Notes under the pieces: generated by a model
What the model was told of the DNA's origin: nothing
The model's input: only the letters and a program-made list of their open reading frames with translations
The model's database searches: none
In this document: piece by piece, positions 1 through 8,884 of the stretch
Numbering within the stretch: position 1 is the stretch's first letter
How the letters are laid out: every line of letters starts with the position of its first letter
Program-made: the position numbers and the translations under genes
NCBI GenBank assembly: GCA_020047835.1
Contig: JAIFNJ010000255.1
Location: 1 to 34,781 of the forward strand
Direction: 5' to 3'
Source: Bacteroidota bacterium
GTDB taxonomy: Bacteria > Bacteroidota > Bacteroidia > Bacteroidales > SZUA-534
Length of the DNA: 34,781 nt

Positions 1-3000
1 GAAGGCATACTCAGCAAAAGCTTCCCAGTCTTTCCAAATTTTATCAATCAGTTCGTCGATACTTTTTTTCTTATCCTTGGCACCTGCTACAAAATCTGGA
101 TTTGCCTTGCAACCTATTTGAAATTTTTCCTTCAGCTTATTCATCTGCTCAATAAGCTTTTTACCCATTGCCTTGCGCAGTGTATCGGAATCGCCACGGG
201 TAAACCCACCCAAGGCCCGCGACAAAAGCATTACTTGCTCCTGATAAACGGTAATTCCGTAGGTATCTTTCAAATAAGTTTCCATGATTGGATGGTCGTA
301 AACAACCACTTCACGCCCGTGCTTTCGATTAATAAAAGAAGGAATGTACTCCATTGGCCCCGGACGGTAAAGAGCATTCATGGCTACCAAATCCTCAAAA
401 CGGTCAGGTTTCAGGTTTTGAAGGTGCTTTTTCATTCCGGGACTTTCAAACTGAAAAATGGCTGAGGTTTCGCCATTACTAAAAAGTTGGTAGGTTTTTT
501 CGTCTTCAAACGATATTTGTTCAATATCAATTAAAACACCTTTCGATAATTTTATATTTTCCAAGGTATCTTTAATAATGGATAGGGTTTTCAATCCCAA
601 AAAGTCCATTTTTAAAAGTCCTAGTTCCTCCACATAATGCCCATCGTATTGCGTTGTCAAGAGCTTTTCACCTTTGGTTGGCATCACAGGAATGTGCTCT
701 TCAAGCGGATCACGTCCGATAAGGATACCACATGCATGAACACCCGTCTGCCTTACCGAACCTTCCAGTTTTTCAGCATTGAGCAATGTTTTTACAATCA
801 ATGGGTCGCTTGACTTTTTCTCTTTTGCCAGTTCTGGGTTTTCTTTGTAAGCCTTTTCAAAATTCATTTTAGGAGCTTCAGGTACCATCTTGGCTAAACG
901 ATTGGCTTCTTCCAACGGCAATTTTAAAACCCGGGCCACATCTTTAATACTCGATTTGGTGGCCATGGTTCCAAAAGTACATATATGAGCTACTTTATCA
1001 GCTCCGTATTTATCGGTAACCCAATCGAGCACTTTTTGCCGACCATCGTCATCAAAGTCAATATCCACGTCAGGCATTGAAATACGGTCAGGATTCAAGA
1101 ACCGTTCAAAAAGCAAGTCGTATTTTAACGGATCAACATTGGTTATCCCAACACAATATGAAACCACAGCACCTGCTGCCGAACCACGCCCCGGCCCCAC
1201 AATAACATCCATGGCACGGGCTGCGTTAATAAAATCCTGTACAATAAGGAAGTATCCTGGAAAACCCATAACTTTTATGGTATCCAATTCAAAGTCAATG
1301 CGTTCTTTTAGTGCATCACTTAGCTCTGCACCATACTTTTTCTCGGCACCATGGTAGGTAAGATGCCTCAAATAATCTGCTTCAAATTTAATCTGTAGCA
1401 CCTTTTCAAATCCACCAATGCGCTCAAATGCTTTGTCACCAAACTCTTGAACCATATCGGCTTCACTATATTTGGCTTCGTAGTCGGCAAATTTTCCAAA
1501 TTCAGCAGGTATATCAAATTTAGGCATTATGGGTGCTGAATCCAACTCAAATGCTTCTACTTTGTTGGCAATTTCGATTGTATTCTCTAATACTTCAGGT
1601 ATATCAGCGAACAGTTTATTCATTTCGGCAGTGGTTTTAATCCATTCCTGCCGGGTATAACGCATGCGTGTTTGGTCATCAAAATCGCGGCCGGTGCTTA
1701 AACATACTAATAAGTCATGAGCCTCAGCGTCGTCGGCTTCCGCAAAATGGACATCGTTTGTGGCAATGGCTTTTATTTGGTGTTTCTCGGCAAAGTCAAG
1801 CAGCACCTTATTCACTTTAACCTGATTTTCCCACACATCAGTGCGCAGGCTGGGATCGTTATTTTGGTGGCGCATCAGTTCCAAATAATAATCATCGCCA
1901 AATGTATTTTTGTACCAAAGAATGGTTTCTTCAGCCTTCTCAAAATTACCACGCATAATATGTCCTGCCACTTCGCCACCTAAACAAGCCGATGTTGCAA
2001 TCAATCCTTCGTGATGTTTTTCCAACAATGCTTTATCAATCCTGGGTTTGTAATAGAAGCCTTCATTGTGTGATACAGAAGTTAATTTGAGCAAATTTTT
2101 ATAGCCAATCTTATTCTTAACCAGCAATACCAGATGGTCGCCAGATGCATCATTTTTATCTTCTTTCCGCAACAAACCTCTGGTTGCAACATAAACCTCA
2201 ATACCTATGATAGGCTTAATTCCTACCTTTTTGCAATTAACGTGAAATTCTTTCACACCAAACATACCTCCATGATCGGTAATTGCAACCGCGGCCATAC
2301 CATCAGCTTTGGCTTTTTTTGCCAGTTGCATGGTAGTAGCTGCGCCATCAAGAATAGAATATTGAGTATGAACATGCAAATGGACAAAAGGAACCATGCC
2401 CACTCTTTTAGGCGCTGCCGTTTGTTTCCGTTCCTCATCGGAAACTGAAATATTTTTAAATTCATTGGTTTTGAAGGACTCATAATTAACTCCAGCCAGC
2501 TCAATCACCTTTGGATTATATTTTTTGAATTCCGCCAATTCCGCGTTGGTCCATTGTAAACGATGGGCGCTAATTCCACCAACCCTAACTAATTCCAAAA
2601 AGCATCGGGTAGTTGCTTCCACATCAGCTGCCGCATTGTGGGCTTCAATAAAAGGAATCCCAAACAATTTAGTATGCAATTCGGTTAGCGTTGGCCATTT
2701 GGGTTTGCCATTTTTCATGATGGCACAAAATTCGGTGCTTTCCTCTTTAGTACAAAGTTGCGGAGTCTTAGTTAATATTTCGGGCATTCCGCTACGGAGC
2801 AATTCGCAACCTACAATGCTTATATCAAATTCTATGTTGTGACCAATAATGAATTTCGCATTTTTTACATCCTCAATAAAATCAGCTAATGCGTCTTTTA
2901 GGGGAATTCCTTTTTCAATGGCAATTTCATTGCTTATTCCATGAATAACAATTACTTCGTTTGGGATAATATAACCTTCAGGTTTTATCACATGGTTTTT

Positions 3001-3138
3001 GGCAAAAAGGAATTTCCCTTTGCTGTCGTGACATTGCCATGCCAATTGAACCATCCGTGGCCAATTCTCAAAATCATTCAAAGGTGCTTTCCACTTTTTG
3101 GGTAACCCAGTGGTTTCGGTATCAAAAACTAAAAACAT
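1..3138 (-). CDS. dnaE: DNA polymerase III alpha subunit (DnaE type), N-terminal 1046 codons only (C-terminus lies left of the window), carrying an N-terminal DEDDh 3'-5' exonuclease domain
   Basis: Own minus-strand translation from ATG at 3138..3136, with an in-frame TAA 5 codons upstream. It reads MFLVFDTETTGLPKKW (ExoI), FIIGHNIEFDISIV (ExoII) and FIEAHNAAADVEAT (ExoIII, HxAxxD). A PHP domain follows from ~2397: MVPFVHLHVHTQYSILDGA...AVAITDHGGMFG. The frame stays open to position 1 (3138 = 3 x 1046). It is missing from the ORF track only because it has no stop in the window. Confidence 0.9.
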   Translation of the reverse strand, partial: MFLVFDTETTGLPKKWKAPLNDFENWPRMVQLAWQCHDSKGKFLFAKNHVIKPEGYIIPNEVIVIHGISNEIAIEKGIPLKDALADFIEDVKNAKFIIGHNIEFDISIVGCELLRSGMPEILTKTPQLCTKEESTEFCAIMKNGKPKWPTLTELHTKLFGIPFIEAHNAAADVEATTRCFLELVRVGGISAHRLQWTNAELAEFKKYNPKVIELAGVNYESFKTNEFKNISVSDEERKQTAAPKRVGMVPFVHLHVHTQYSILDGAATTMQLAKKAKADGMAAVAITDHGGMFGVKEFHVNCKKVGIKPIIGIEVYVATRGLLRKEDKNDASGDHLVLLVKNKIGYKNLLKLTSVSHNEGFYYKPRIDKALLEKHHEGLIATSACLGGEVAGHIMRGNFEKAEETILWYKNTFGDDYYLELMRHQNNDPSLRTDVWENQVKVNKVLLDFAEKHQIKAIATNDVHFAEADDAEAHDLLVCLSTGRDFDDQTRMRYTRQEWIKTTAEMNKLFADIPEVLENTIEIANKVEAFELDSAPIMPKFDIPAEFGKFADYEAKYSEADMVQEFGDKAFERIGGFEKVLQIKFEADYLRHLTYHGAEKKYGAELSDALKERIDFELDTIKVMGFPGYFLIVQDFINAARAMDVIVGPGRGSAAGAVVSYCVGITNVDPLKYDLLFERFLNPDRISMPDVDIDFDDDGRQKVLDWVTDKYGADKVAHICTFGTMATKSSIKDVARVLKLPLEEANRLAKMVPEAPKMNFEKAYKENPELAKEKKSSDPLIVKTLLNAEKLEGSVRQTGVHACGILIGRDPLEEHIPVMPTKGEKLLTTQYDGHYVEELGLLKMDFLGLKTLSIIKDTLENIKLSKGVLIDIEQISFEDEKTYQLFSNGETSAIFQFESPGMKKHLQNLKPDRFEDLVAMNALYRPGPMEYIPSFINRKHGREVVVYDHPIMETYLKDTYGITVYQEQVMLLSRALGGFTRGDSDTLRKAMGKKLIEQMNKLKEKFQIGCKANPDFVAGAKDKKKSIDELIDKIWKDWEAFAEYAF

Positions 3139-3379
3139 GAAAACCAGATGTTAGAGATTATATGTCAGAGATTAGAAAATAGCTATTAGACTTTTAATCA
3201 CAATAGCTTTTACCAATCCATTAATTTGTAAAATTAATGGATTCGAAAGGAAAAAATGGGAGTTGTTGATAAGTTTGGAAAAGTAACACGAGTTTAAAAC
3301 AACACTGATAATTAATATAAATCGGACGGTTATTTTAATGGCAGCTACTTACCATAAGAATGGCGTAAAAAGTATTTTC

Positions 3380-4012
3380 TTAATCTTCAGTAGTATCCAC
3401 CTCTTCTAAATCATTCAGGCAATCGCGCAAGCGTTGAATGTTTTTACCGTAAACCCATTTAAAATAGCGCCTTTGCAACCAATAACCTAATAATGAAACT
3501 AAAACTACAATCAAGAATGCAATTATCAGATTTTTAAACTGAAACAAACCATTCCAATTAATTTGGAGGGCGGTACTGCGTATTCCTAACAAAAATCCGC
3601 CAACGCCAGCAATAGGCATTAATAGGGCTGCCATTTGTATGTATTGTTTTATCAATCGCTCAAATCGATGAATGAATTCAGTAAGATAGGTTTTTAAATC
3701 GGGATGGCTCGAAAACTTGAGCCTTAATACTTTAATATAGGGCACAAAGCTAATTGCCAAGATAATTGAAACTAACAAAACGGCCAGATAGGTATCGTTG
3801 GGATTAAAAAAATAAATAAACAAAACCAAACTGAGTGATAACAATAAAGCTATCGACCATTCAAAAATTATTTTCCTCCTAATTTTCAGTAGCTCGTTGT
3901 TCGAGCGGCCTTTCACAATCTTTTTGATCTCAATCAATGAATATTCACAACCATTGCGTGAATCCGCTATTGTTTTCCAGGCATGTTTTAATTCATTTAA
4001 TTCATCCATCAT
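3380..4012 (-). CDS. Four-TM membrane protein encoded directly downstream of (and overlapping) an ECF sigma gene; putative anti-sigma/partner protein
   Basis: 210-aa ORF with a soluble N-terminus (MMDELNELKHAWKTI...) followed by about 4 hydrophobic spans. Its start overlaps the end of the sigma region-4 reading frame by 11 nt, which is typical sigma/anti-sigma coupling. No named family recognised. Confidence 0.6.
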   Translation of the reverse strand: MMDELNELKHAWKTIADSRNGCEYSLIEIKKIVKGRSNNELLKIRRKIIFEWSIALLLSLSLVLFIYFFNPNDTYLAVLLVSIILAISFVPYIKVLRLKFSSHPDLKTYLTEFIHRFERLIKQYIQMAALLMPIAGVGGFLLGIRSTALQINWNGLFQFKNLIIAFLIVVLVSLLGYWLQRRYFKWVYGKNIQRLRDCLNDLEEVDTTED

Positions 4013-4429
4013 TTTCCATTAACTTTTTTAACCGTTTTTTAACCCGGTTCATTTTTACCTTTATGTTATTTACAGTAAGACCCAAAATTTCAGAAATTTC
4101 AGCATAAGCCACTTCTTCCAAATACATAAGTACCAAAGACCTATCAATATCGTTCAGTTTTTTTATGGCCCGATGTAAGGATCTCTATCCCAAAGCCTAT
4201 ATTTTTTTTCTTTACGTATCCAAGAAATAGCTGTATTTATTGAAACCCGGTACAACCAAGTGGAAAATTTCGATTCTCCCTTAAATTGAGGGTAAGCACG
4301 CCAAGCCTGAATACAAATTTCCTGAAACATATCATCCGATTCGGCTCTATTTTGAGCATACATCAAACAAACCTTACGAATCAAAGGCTGAAATTCTTTT
4401 ATCTTTTGTATTGCGTCGTCGCTATTCAC
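4002..4429 (-). pseudogene. ECF-type sigma-70 factor disrupted by an out-of-frame internal deletion (region 2 and region 4 lie in different frames and the linker is missing)
   Basis: Frame A (4429..4163, GTG start) encodes region 2: ...DDMFQEICIQAWRAYPQFKGESKFSTWLYRVSINTAISWIRKEKKYRLWDRDPYIGP*. Own translation of a second minus-strand frame (about 4184..4002) gives region 4: RSLHRAIKKLNDIDRSLVLMYLEEVAYAEISEILGLTVNNIKVKMNRVKKRLKKLMENDG*. That frame has stops just upstream. Only about 10-15 aa separate the two regions, versus roughly 30-45 in intact relatives. Confidence 0.6.
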
Positions 4430-4676
4430 CGATTGTCTTTTGCAGTATATTTGTCGAAGATACTATTACTAAGTTACATTGAAATATACTTTTCAATAAA
4501 TACTATTTACAAAGCAACCAAACTGCCAAATTTTCCTCTTTAAACAAAATAAAATTATTAATCCGCAACATTGGCATATCAACAATTCCAATATATCCTT
4601 GTTAAATGATAAAAAAAAGTAGGCATTGAATTTGCAAGGTTCCTTGCTTTGAATAAAAATGGAAAATAAAATTGAT

Positions 4677-4684
4677 TACCTTTG
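4677..4684 (+). promoter_or_regulatory. Bacteroidota -7 promoter box TACCTTTG (TAnnTTTG) for the rsfS-ftsH operon
   Basis: Exact TAnnTTTG match 16 nt upstream of the ATG at 4700. It overlaps the TTG (4682) used by the ORF track, which argues for the ATG start. Confidence 0.5.
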
Positions 4685-4699
4685 AAGCAAAAATTAACA

Positions 4700-5065
4700 A
4701 TGACGGGAACAACCGATACCACTAATTTAAAAAATACAGTGGTTGAAGCAATTAAGGAAAAAAAGGGTAAAGAGATAATTGTTTTAGGTTTGACCGAATT
4801 GCAACAATCGGTAGCTGATTTTTTTGTTATATGTCATGGCGATTCCAACATTCAAGTTGATGCCATTGCAAATAATATCGAGCGACAAGCAAGAACCGAA
4901 CTAAAAGAACACGTGCTTCACAAAGAAGGATCTGAGAATTCACAATGGGTATTATTAGATTACGGCGATGTGGTAGTTCACGTTTTTCAAGAACCCTTCC
5001 GGAAGTTTTACAATTTGGAAGATTTATGGGCTGATGCAAATACTGAATTAATTAAAGAAGAATAA
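4700..5065 (+). CDS. rsfS: Ribosomal silencing factor RsfS (iojap family)
   Basis: The sequence ...EIIVLGLTELQQSVADFFVICHGDSNIQVDAIANNIE...WVLLDYGDVVVHVFQEPFRKFYNLEDLW is typical of RsfS/iojap. It lies immediately upstream of ftsH. The ATG at 4700 is preferred over the track's TTG at 4682. Confidence 0.85.
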   Translation: MTGTTDTTNLKNTVVEAIKEKKGKEIIVLGLTELQQSVADFFVICHGDSNIQVDAIANNIERQARTELKEHVLHKEGSENSQWVLLDYGDVVVHVFQEPFRKFYNLEDLWADANTELIKEE

Positions 5066-5078
5066 TACAAACTACTCA

Positions 5079-7136
5079 ATGAGCGAGAACATTCAAGACA
5101 AAAAAGATTCAGGACTGGTGCAAAAACCAGCAACTGATCAGAAAAGTAACGATAAAAAACCGAAATTTAACATCGCCTGGGTTTACGGGCTAATTGCAAT
5201 TTCACTGCTTGGCGTTTTCTTTTTTCAAACAGATTCCGGACCAAAAGAGGTCATGTGGAATAAATTTGAGAAAGAAATGCTGAAAGCAGGTGACGTACTG
5301 AAAATTGAAGTGGTAAATAACAAACGGGCTGAAATTTTCATTAAACCAGAGCGATTAAATAAAGAGATATACAGTGATCTTAACACTGCAAAAAAGAACA
5401 CCCTTTCAAAGCAAGGTCCACAGTATTTTTTTACCATAGGATCGGTTGAGGCTTTTGAAAAGCGTATTGAAGAAGCCCAGCAAGACTTTACATACGACCA
5501 AAAAGTAGATGTTAGTTTTGTAGAGCGCAACAATCACTTTGATACCATCATCAATTGGCTGATTTTCCCGTTACTTTTAATTGGCGTATGGTTGTTCATT
5601 TTCCGCCGAATGGCTGGTCCAAACGGTGCCGGAGGTCAATTATTCAATATTGGAAAATCACGAGCTAAAATATTCGACAAAGAAACCGCTGAAGTAAAGG
5701 TTGACTTTAAAGATGTAGCCGGCTTAGAAGAAGCCAAAGTTGAGATAATGGAAATTGTTGACTTTTTGAAAAACCCAATAAAATATACTCAATTGGGCGG
5801 AAAAATTCCTAAAGGTGCTCTGTTAGTAGGACCTCCGGGAACAGGAAAAACCTTGCTAGCTAAAGCTGTAGCTGGTGAAGCCCATGTACCCTTCTTTTCT
5901 ATGTCGGGGTCTGATTTTGTTGAAATGTTTGTAGGTGTTGGGGCATCAAGGGTGCGCGACCTTTTTAAACAAGCTAAAGAAAAGGCGCCTTGTATAATTT
6001 TTATTGACGAAATTGACGCTATTGGACGTGCCCGTGGCAAAAATCCAAATTGGGGAGCCAACGATGAACGGGAAAATACGTTGAACCAGTTATTAACTGA
6101 AATGGATGGATTTGGGACTAATAGCGGTGTAATCATTTTAGCTGCCACGAACCGTGCTGATATTCTTGATCGTGCATTGCTAAGAGCCGGTCGTTTTGAC
6201 CGTCAAATACATGTTGAATTACCAGACTTGAACGAACGGAAAGATATATTTAAAGTTCATCTTCGTCCGCTTCAAAAATTAGGAACCGATGTTCATCCGG
6301 AATTTCTTGCTAAACAAACTCCTGGATTCAGCGGCGCCGATATTGCCAATGTTACTAACGAAGCTGCATTAATTGCCGCGCGTAAAGAAAAACAATTAGT
6401 TGAAAAACAAGATTTTTTAGATGCTATTGACCGAATTGTTGGCGGGCTGGAAAAGAAAAATAAAATCATCTCTTTTGAAGAGAAAAAAACTATTGCTTAC
6501 CACGAAGCCGGACATGCTACTGTTAGCTGGATTTTGGAACATGCCAATCCACTCATTAAAGTGACTATTGTTCCTCGAGGCCAAGCGTTAGGTGCTGCCT
6601 GGTATTTGCCTGAAGAACGTCAGCTTACTACCAAAGAACAAATGCTGGATGAAATGTGTGCCATTTTAGGTGGACGTGCGGCAGAAGAATTATTCTTTGG
6701 TAAAATTTCTACGGGGGCTTTAAACGATCTTGAAAAGGTAACAAAGCAAGCGTATGCTATGGTATCCTACTTTGGGATGAGCGAGCGGATTGGAAATGTT
6801 AGTTTCTACGATTCATCGGGTCAAAATGAATATTCATTTGGTAAACCATACAGCGAAGAAACTGCCAAAGCTATTGATGAAGAAACAAAAAGTATCATTG
6901 ATAAAGCTTATATCAGAGCCAAAGAGTTACTCAAAAAGTTAGAAGTACAGCATAATGCGTTGGGTGAATTACTTTTAGAAAAAGAGGTACTGTTTTCAGA
7001 AGATTTGGAACGTATTCTTGGACCTCGTCCTAATGGGAAAACACCTCATTCTGAGGATGAAAGTTTGAATAGAACAGCTCCAATGACTGAAATTGAAGCC
7101 AAACCAAAAGTTGAGAAGGAAGAAAATCCTAACTAA
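5079..7136 (+). CDS. ftsH: ATP-dependent zinc metalloprotease FtsH
   Basis: 685 aa with two N-terminal TM spans. Motifs: Walker A GPPGTGKT, Walker [32 protein letters not shown], zinc site HEAGHA. Confidence 0.97.
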   Translation: MSENIQDKKDSGLVQKPATDQKSNDKKPKFNIAWVYGLIAISLLGVFFFQTDSGPKEVMWNKFEKEMLKAGDVLKIEVVNNKRAEIFIKPERLNKEIYSDLNTAKKNTLSKQGPQYFFTIGSVEAFEKRIEEAQQDFTYDQKVDVSFVERNNHFDTIINWLIFPLLLIGVWLFIFRRMAGPNGAGGQLFNIGKSRAKIFDKETAEVKVDFKDVAGLEEAKVEIMEIVDFLKNPIKYTQLGGKIPKGALLVGPPGTGKTLLAKAVAGEAHVPFFSMSGSDFVEMFVGVGASRVRDLFKQAKEKAPCIIFIDEIDAIGRARGKNPNWGANDERENTLNQLLTEMDGFGTNSGVIILAATNRADILDRALLRAGRFDRQIHVELPDLNERKDIFKVHLRPLQKLGTDVHPEFLAKQTPGFSGADIANVTNEAALIAARKEKQLVEKQDFLDAIDRIVGGLEKKNKIISFEEKKTIAYHEAGHATVSWILEHANPLIKVTIVPRGQALGAAWYLPEERQLTTKEQMLDEMCAILGGRAAEELFFGKISTGALNDLEKVTKQAYAMVSYFGMSERIGNVSFYDSSGQNEYSFGKPYSEETAKAIDEETKSIIDKAYIRAKELLKKLEVQHNALGELLLEKEVLFSEDLERILGPRPNGKTPHSEDESLNRTAPMTEIEAKPKVEKEENPN

Positions 7137-7150
7137 TGAAATAAGCCCAA

Positions 7151-7348
7151 ATGGAATCCAATTGGAGTATTATTTTCAACACAGGAAAGCTATATATGGC
7201 AGAAATGGCAAAAGCTATACTTGAAGATAATGATATTGAAGTGATAGTTATGAACAAACAGGATTCTTTTTATTTAATTGGTGATATTGAAGTTTATGTA
7301 AAGCCCGAAGATGTTATTCGGGCTAAATTTTTAATAAAGGACCTATAA
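7151..7348 (+). CDS. Small DUF2007-like protein (putative signal-transducing fold)
   Basis: 65-aa ORF tightly packed between ftsH and cdsA (2-nt gap to cdsA). The pattern ...[23 protein letters not shown]...[15 protein letters not shown] resembles DUF2007. The family assignment is from memory, not a search. Confidence 0.55.
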   Translation: MESNWSIIFNTGKLYMAEMAKAILEDNDIEVIVMNKQDSFYLIGDIEVYVKPEDVIRAKFLIKDL

Positions 7349-7350
7349 CT

Positions 7351-8163
7351 ATGAGTAATTTTTGGCAGCGCAGCATTACAGGATTTTTATTCGTGTTTGT
7401 CCTCGTAGTTTCTATCCTCTTCAATTACCATTCATTTGCTGCACTATTCCTAATAATTGAAATTCTTGCATTACGCGAATTTTATATTTTATCGAGTAAA
7501 AGTCACTCAATTCCACAAAAGTATTACGGTAGTATTTTGGGTGGTTTAATCTTTGCATCAGGGTATTTTTGGCAACTAATTGATTGGGGCTTTTATCTTT
7601 CTTTATTAATAATTCCACTCTTTTCCTTTATATTTATTTTTGAATTATATCGAAATAAAAAACATCCACTTTTAAATATTGCCACTACTTTTTTAGGTAT
7701 TTTTTACATTTCAATTCCATTAACCCTGTTAAACCACATTTCCTTTTTGAATGGAGCATACAATGGAAAAATTATTTTAGGTGTTTTTATTTTAATTTGG
7801 TTGGCGGATACTGGAGCTTATATTTTTGGAATTACGTTTGGAAAACATAAGCTGTTCGAGCGTATTTCTCCAAAAAAAACATGGGAGGGATTTTTCGGTG
7901 GACTTTTAGTATCAGTAGCAGGAGCCTTTTTTCTAGCAATGTATTTCGACATTTTTCCTTTAAAAGTATGGAGTATCATTGCTTTAATAATTGTATTTTT
8001 CGGTACCTTGGGTGATTTAGTAGAATCAATGTTTAAACGCAGTCTTTCCATTAAGGATTCAGGCAATATTTTGCCGGGGCATGGTGGAATTTTAGATCGT
8101 TTTGATAGTTTGCTATTTGTAATTCCTGTTATTTTTACATATTTGTATTTTTTTGTTCGATAA
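7351..8163 (+). CDS. cdsA: Phosphatidate cytidylyltransferase (CDP-diglyceride synthase)
   Basis: 270-aa polytopic protein with the CdsA signature region [12 protein letters not shown]...[25 protein letters not shown]. Confidence 0.92.
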   Translation: MSNFWQRSITGFLFVFVLVVSILFNYHSFAALFLIIEILALREFYILSSKSHSIPQKYYGSILGGLIFASGYFWQLIDWGFYLSLLIIPLFSFIFIFELYRNKKHPLLNIATTFLGIFYISIPLTLLNHISFLNGAYNGKIILGVFILIWLADTGAYIFGITFGKHKLFERISPKKTWEGFFGGLLVSVAGAFFLAMYFDIFPLKVWSIIALIIVFFGTLGDLVESMFKRSLSIKDSGNILPGHGGILDRFDSLLFVIPVIFTYLYFFVR

Positions 8164-8192
8164 TTAATTTTGTAAGTTAAATTAAAACTCTT

Positions 8193-8787
8193 ATGAGAAT
8201 ACACAAAGCTGGTTTTAGCGTAATTATTGTTGCCATTTTATTGTTCACTTTTATTATGGTTATCTTCATATATACCGCATCTAATGCAATAATCTATATC
8301 TCAGGATTCATTTTTCTTGCGCTACTCATATTTATTCTTCGATTTTTTCGCTATCCAAATCGAACCATTCAATTCAATAAAAATCAAGTAATTTCGCCTG
8401 CCGACGGAACTATTGTTGTAATTGAAGAGATGGAAGAAACAGAATTTATTAAAGAAAAAAGAATCCAAATTTCAATTTTCATGTCTGTCTGGAATGTTCA
8501 TATCATCCCATGAAAATGAACGATCAGTAGTTATTATTGAAACAGAAAATGCTGGAAAAGTGTTGGTGAAACAAATTGCAGGAGCCGTGGCTCGGCGGAT
8601 TATAACCTATGCTAAACCAGAACAAAAAATAAAGGAAGGCAATCAACTCGGTTTTATACGTTTTGGTTCGCGAGTTGATGTTTTGTTGCCTGTTGGATCA
8701 AAAATTCATGTTAACTTAAATCAGAAAGTAACAGGAGGAATAACACTTTTAGCTGATTTACCTCAAAAATTGAATAATACCATTTAG
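8193..8787 (+). pseudogene. psd: Phosphatidylserine decarboxylase proenzyme (short type), split into two frames by an internal deletion
   Basis: ORF 8193..8513 gives the N-terminal TM region plus ...ISPADGTIVVIEEMEETEFIKEKRIQISIFMSVWNVH, then IIP*. The frame of ORF 8422..8787 resumes at ..SSHENERSVVIIETENAGKVLVKQIAGAVARRIITYAK...GFIRFGSRVDVLLP (the GS self-cleavage motif is present). About 26-27 aa normally lie between NVH and (A/S)SxENER in Bacteroides and Flavobacterium Psd, of the form xxRxPxxGxVxxxxYxxGKxxxAWxPK. That segment is absent and the junction is out of frame. Confidence 0.7.
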
Positions 8788-8846
8788 ACTGCTTTTAAAT
8801 AGAAAAAAAAAGTGTCAAATGGTATCATTATATTCATCGATAAGTA

Positions 8847-8854
8847 TAAATTTG
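8847..8854 (+). promoter_or_regulatory. -7 promoter box TAAATTTG for the ferredoxin gene
   Basis: Exact TAnnTTTG match 31 nt upstream of the ATG at 8885. Confidence 0.45.
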
Positions 8855-8884
8855 TGGCATTATTAATAATCAAAATTTTTTGAT

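Noticed and set aside
118-2842. Six track ORFs (118..465, 1139..1357, 1717..1983, 2134..2448, 2525..2842 on plus; 2253..2504 on minus) inside the first 3.1 kb.
   Set aside because: All lie antisense to, or out of frame with, the continuous 1046-codon dnaE frame on the minus strand. Their products are low-complexity with no recognisable motifs, so they are spurious shadow ORFs.
4160-4170. A7 run (CCA TAA AAA AAC on the minus strand) at the end of the sigma region-2 fragment, considered as a programmed -1 frameshift or homopolymer sequencing error that would fuse the two sigma halves.
   Set aside because: The TAA stop is built from the first bases of the run and persists whatever its length. 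The region-4 frame is already open upstream of the run (RSLHRAI). The linker would still be missing, so slippage here cannot restore a normal sigma factor.
4446-4650. Additional plus-strand TATATTTG box at 4446-4453, and a GCAAG-GTTC-CTTGC hairpin at about 4634-4647, in the sigma/rsfS divergent spacer. Considered as a candidate sRNA or long leader.
   Set aside because: TAnnTTTG is expected by chance a few times in this much AT-rich intergenic DNA. The hairpin is 5 bp with no T tract, and no structured RNA could be recognised.
4682-4684. The TTG start used by the ORF track for rsfS at these coordinates. The same issue applies to the track's TTG starts at 9161 (capD-like), 17789 (large kinase) and 27655 (HisKA_3 kinase).
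   Set aside because: Three of these four TTGs (4682, 9161, 27655) sit inside TAnnTTTG promoter boxes. Each of the four is followed within 2-13 codons by an in-frame ATG that gives a conventional N-terminus.
8422-8787. Track ORF treated as an independent 121-aa gene starting MKRWKKQNLLKKKESKF.
   Set aside because: Its first ~27 residues are an out-of-frame read of the psd N-terminal half. Only the part from SSHENERS onward is Psd-like. It is better described as the 3' fragment of a disrupted psd.
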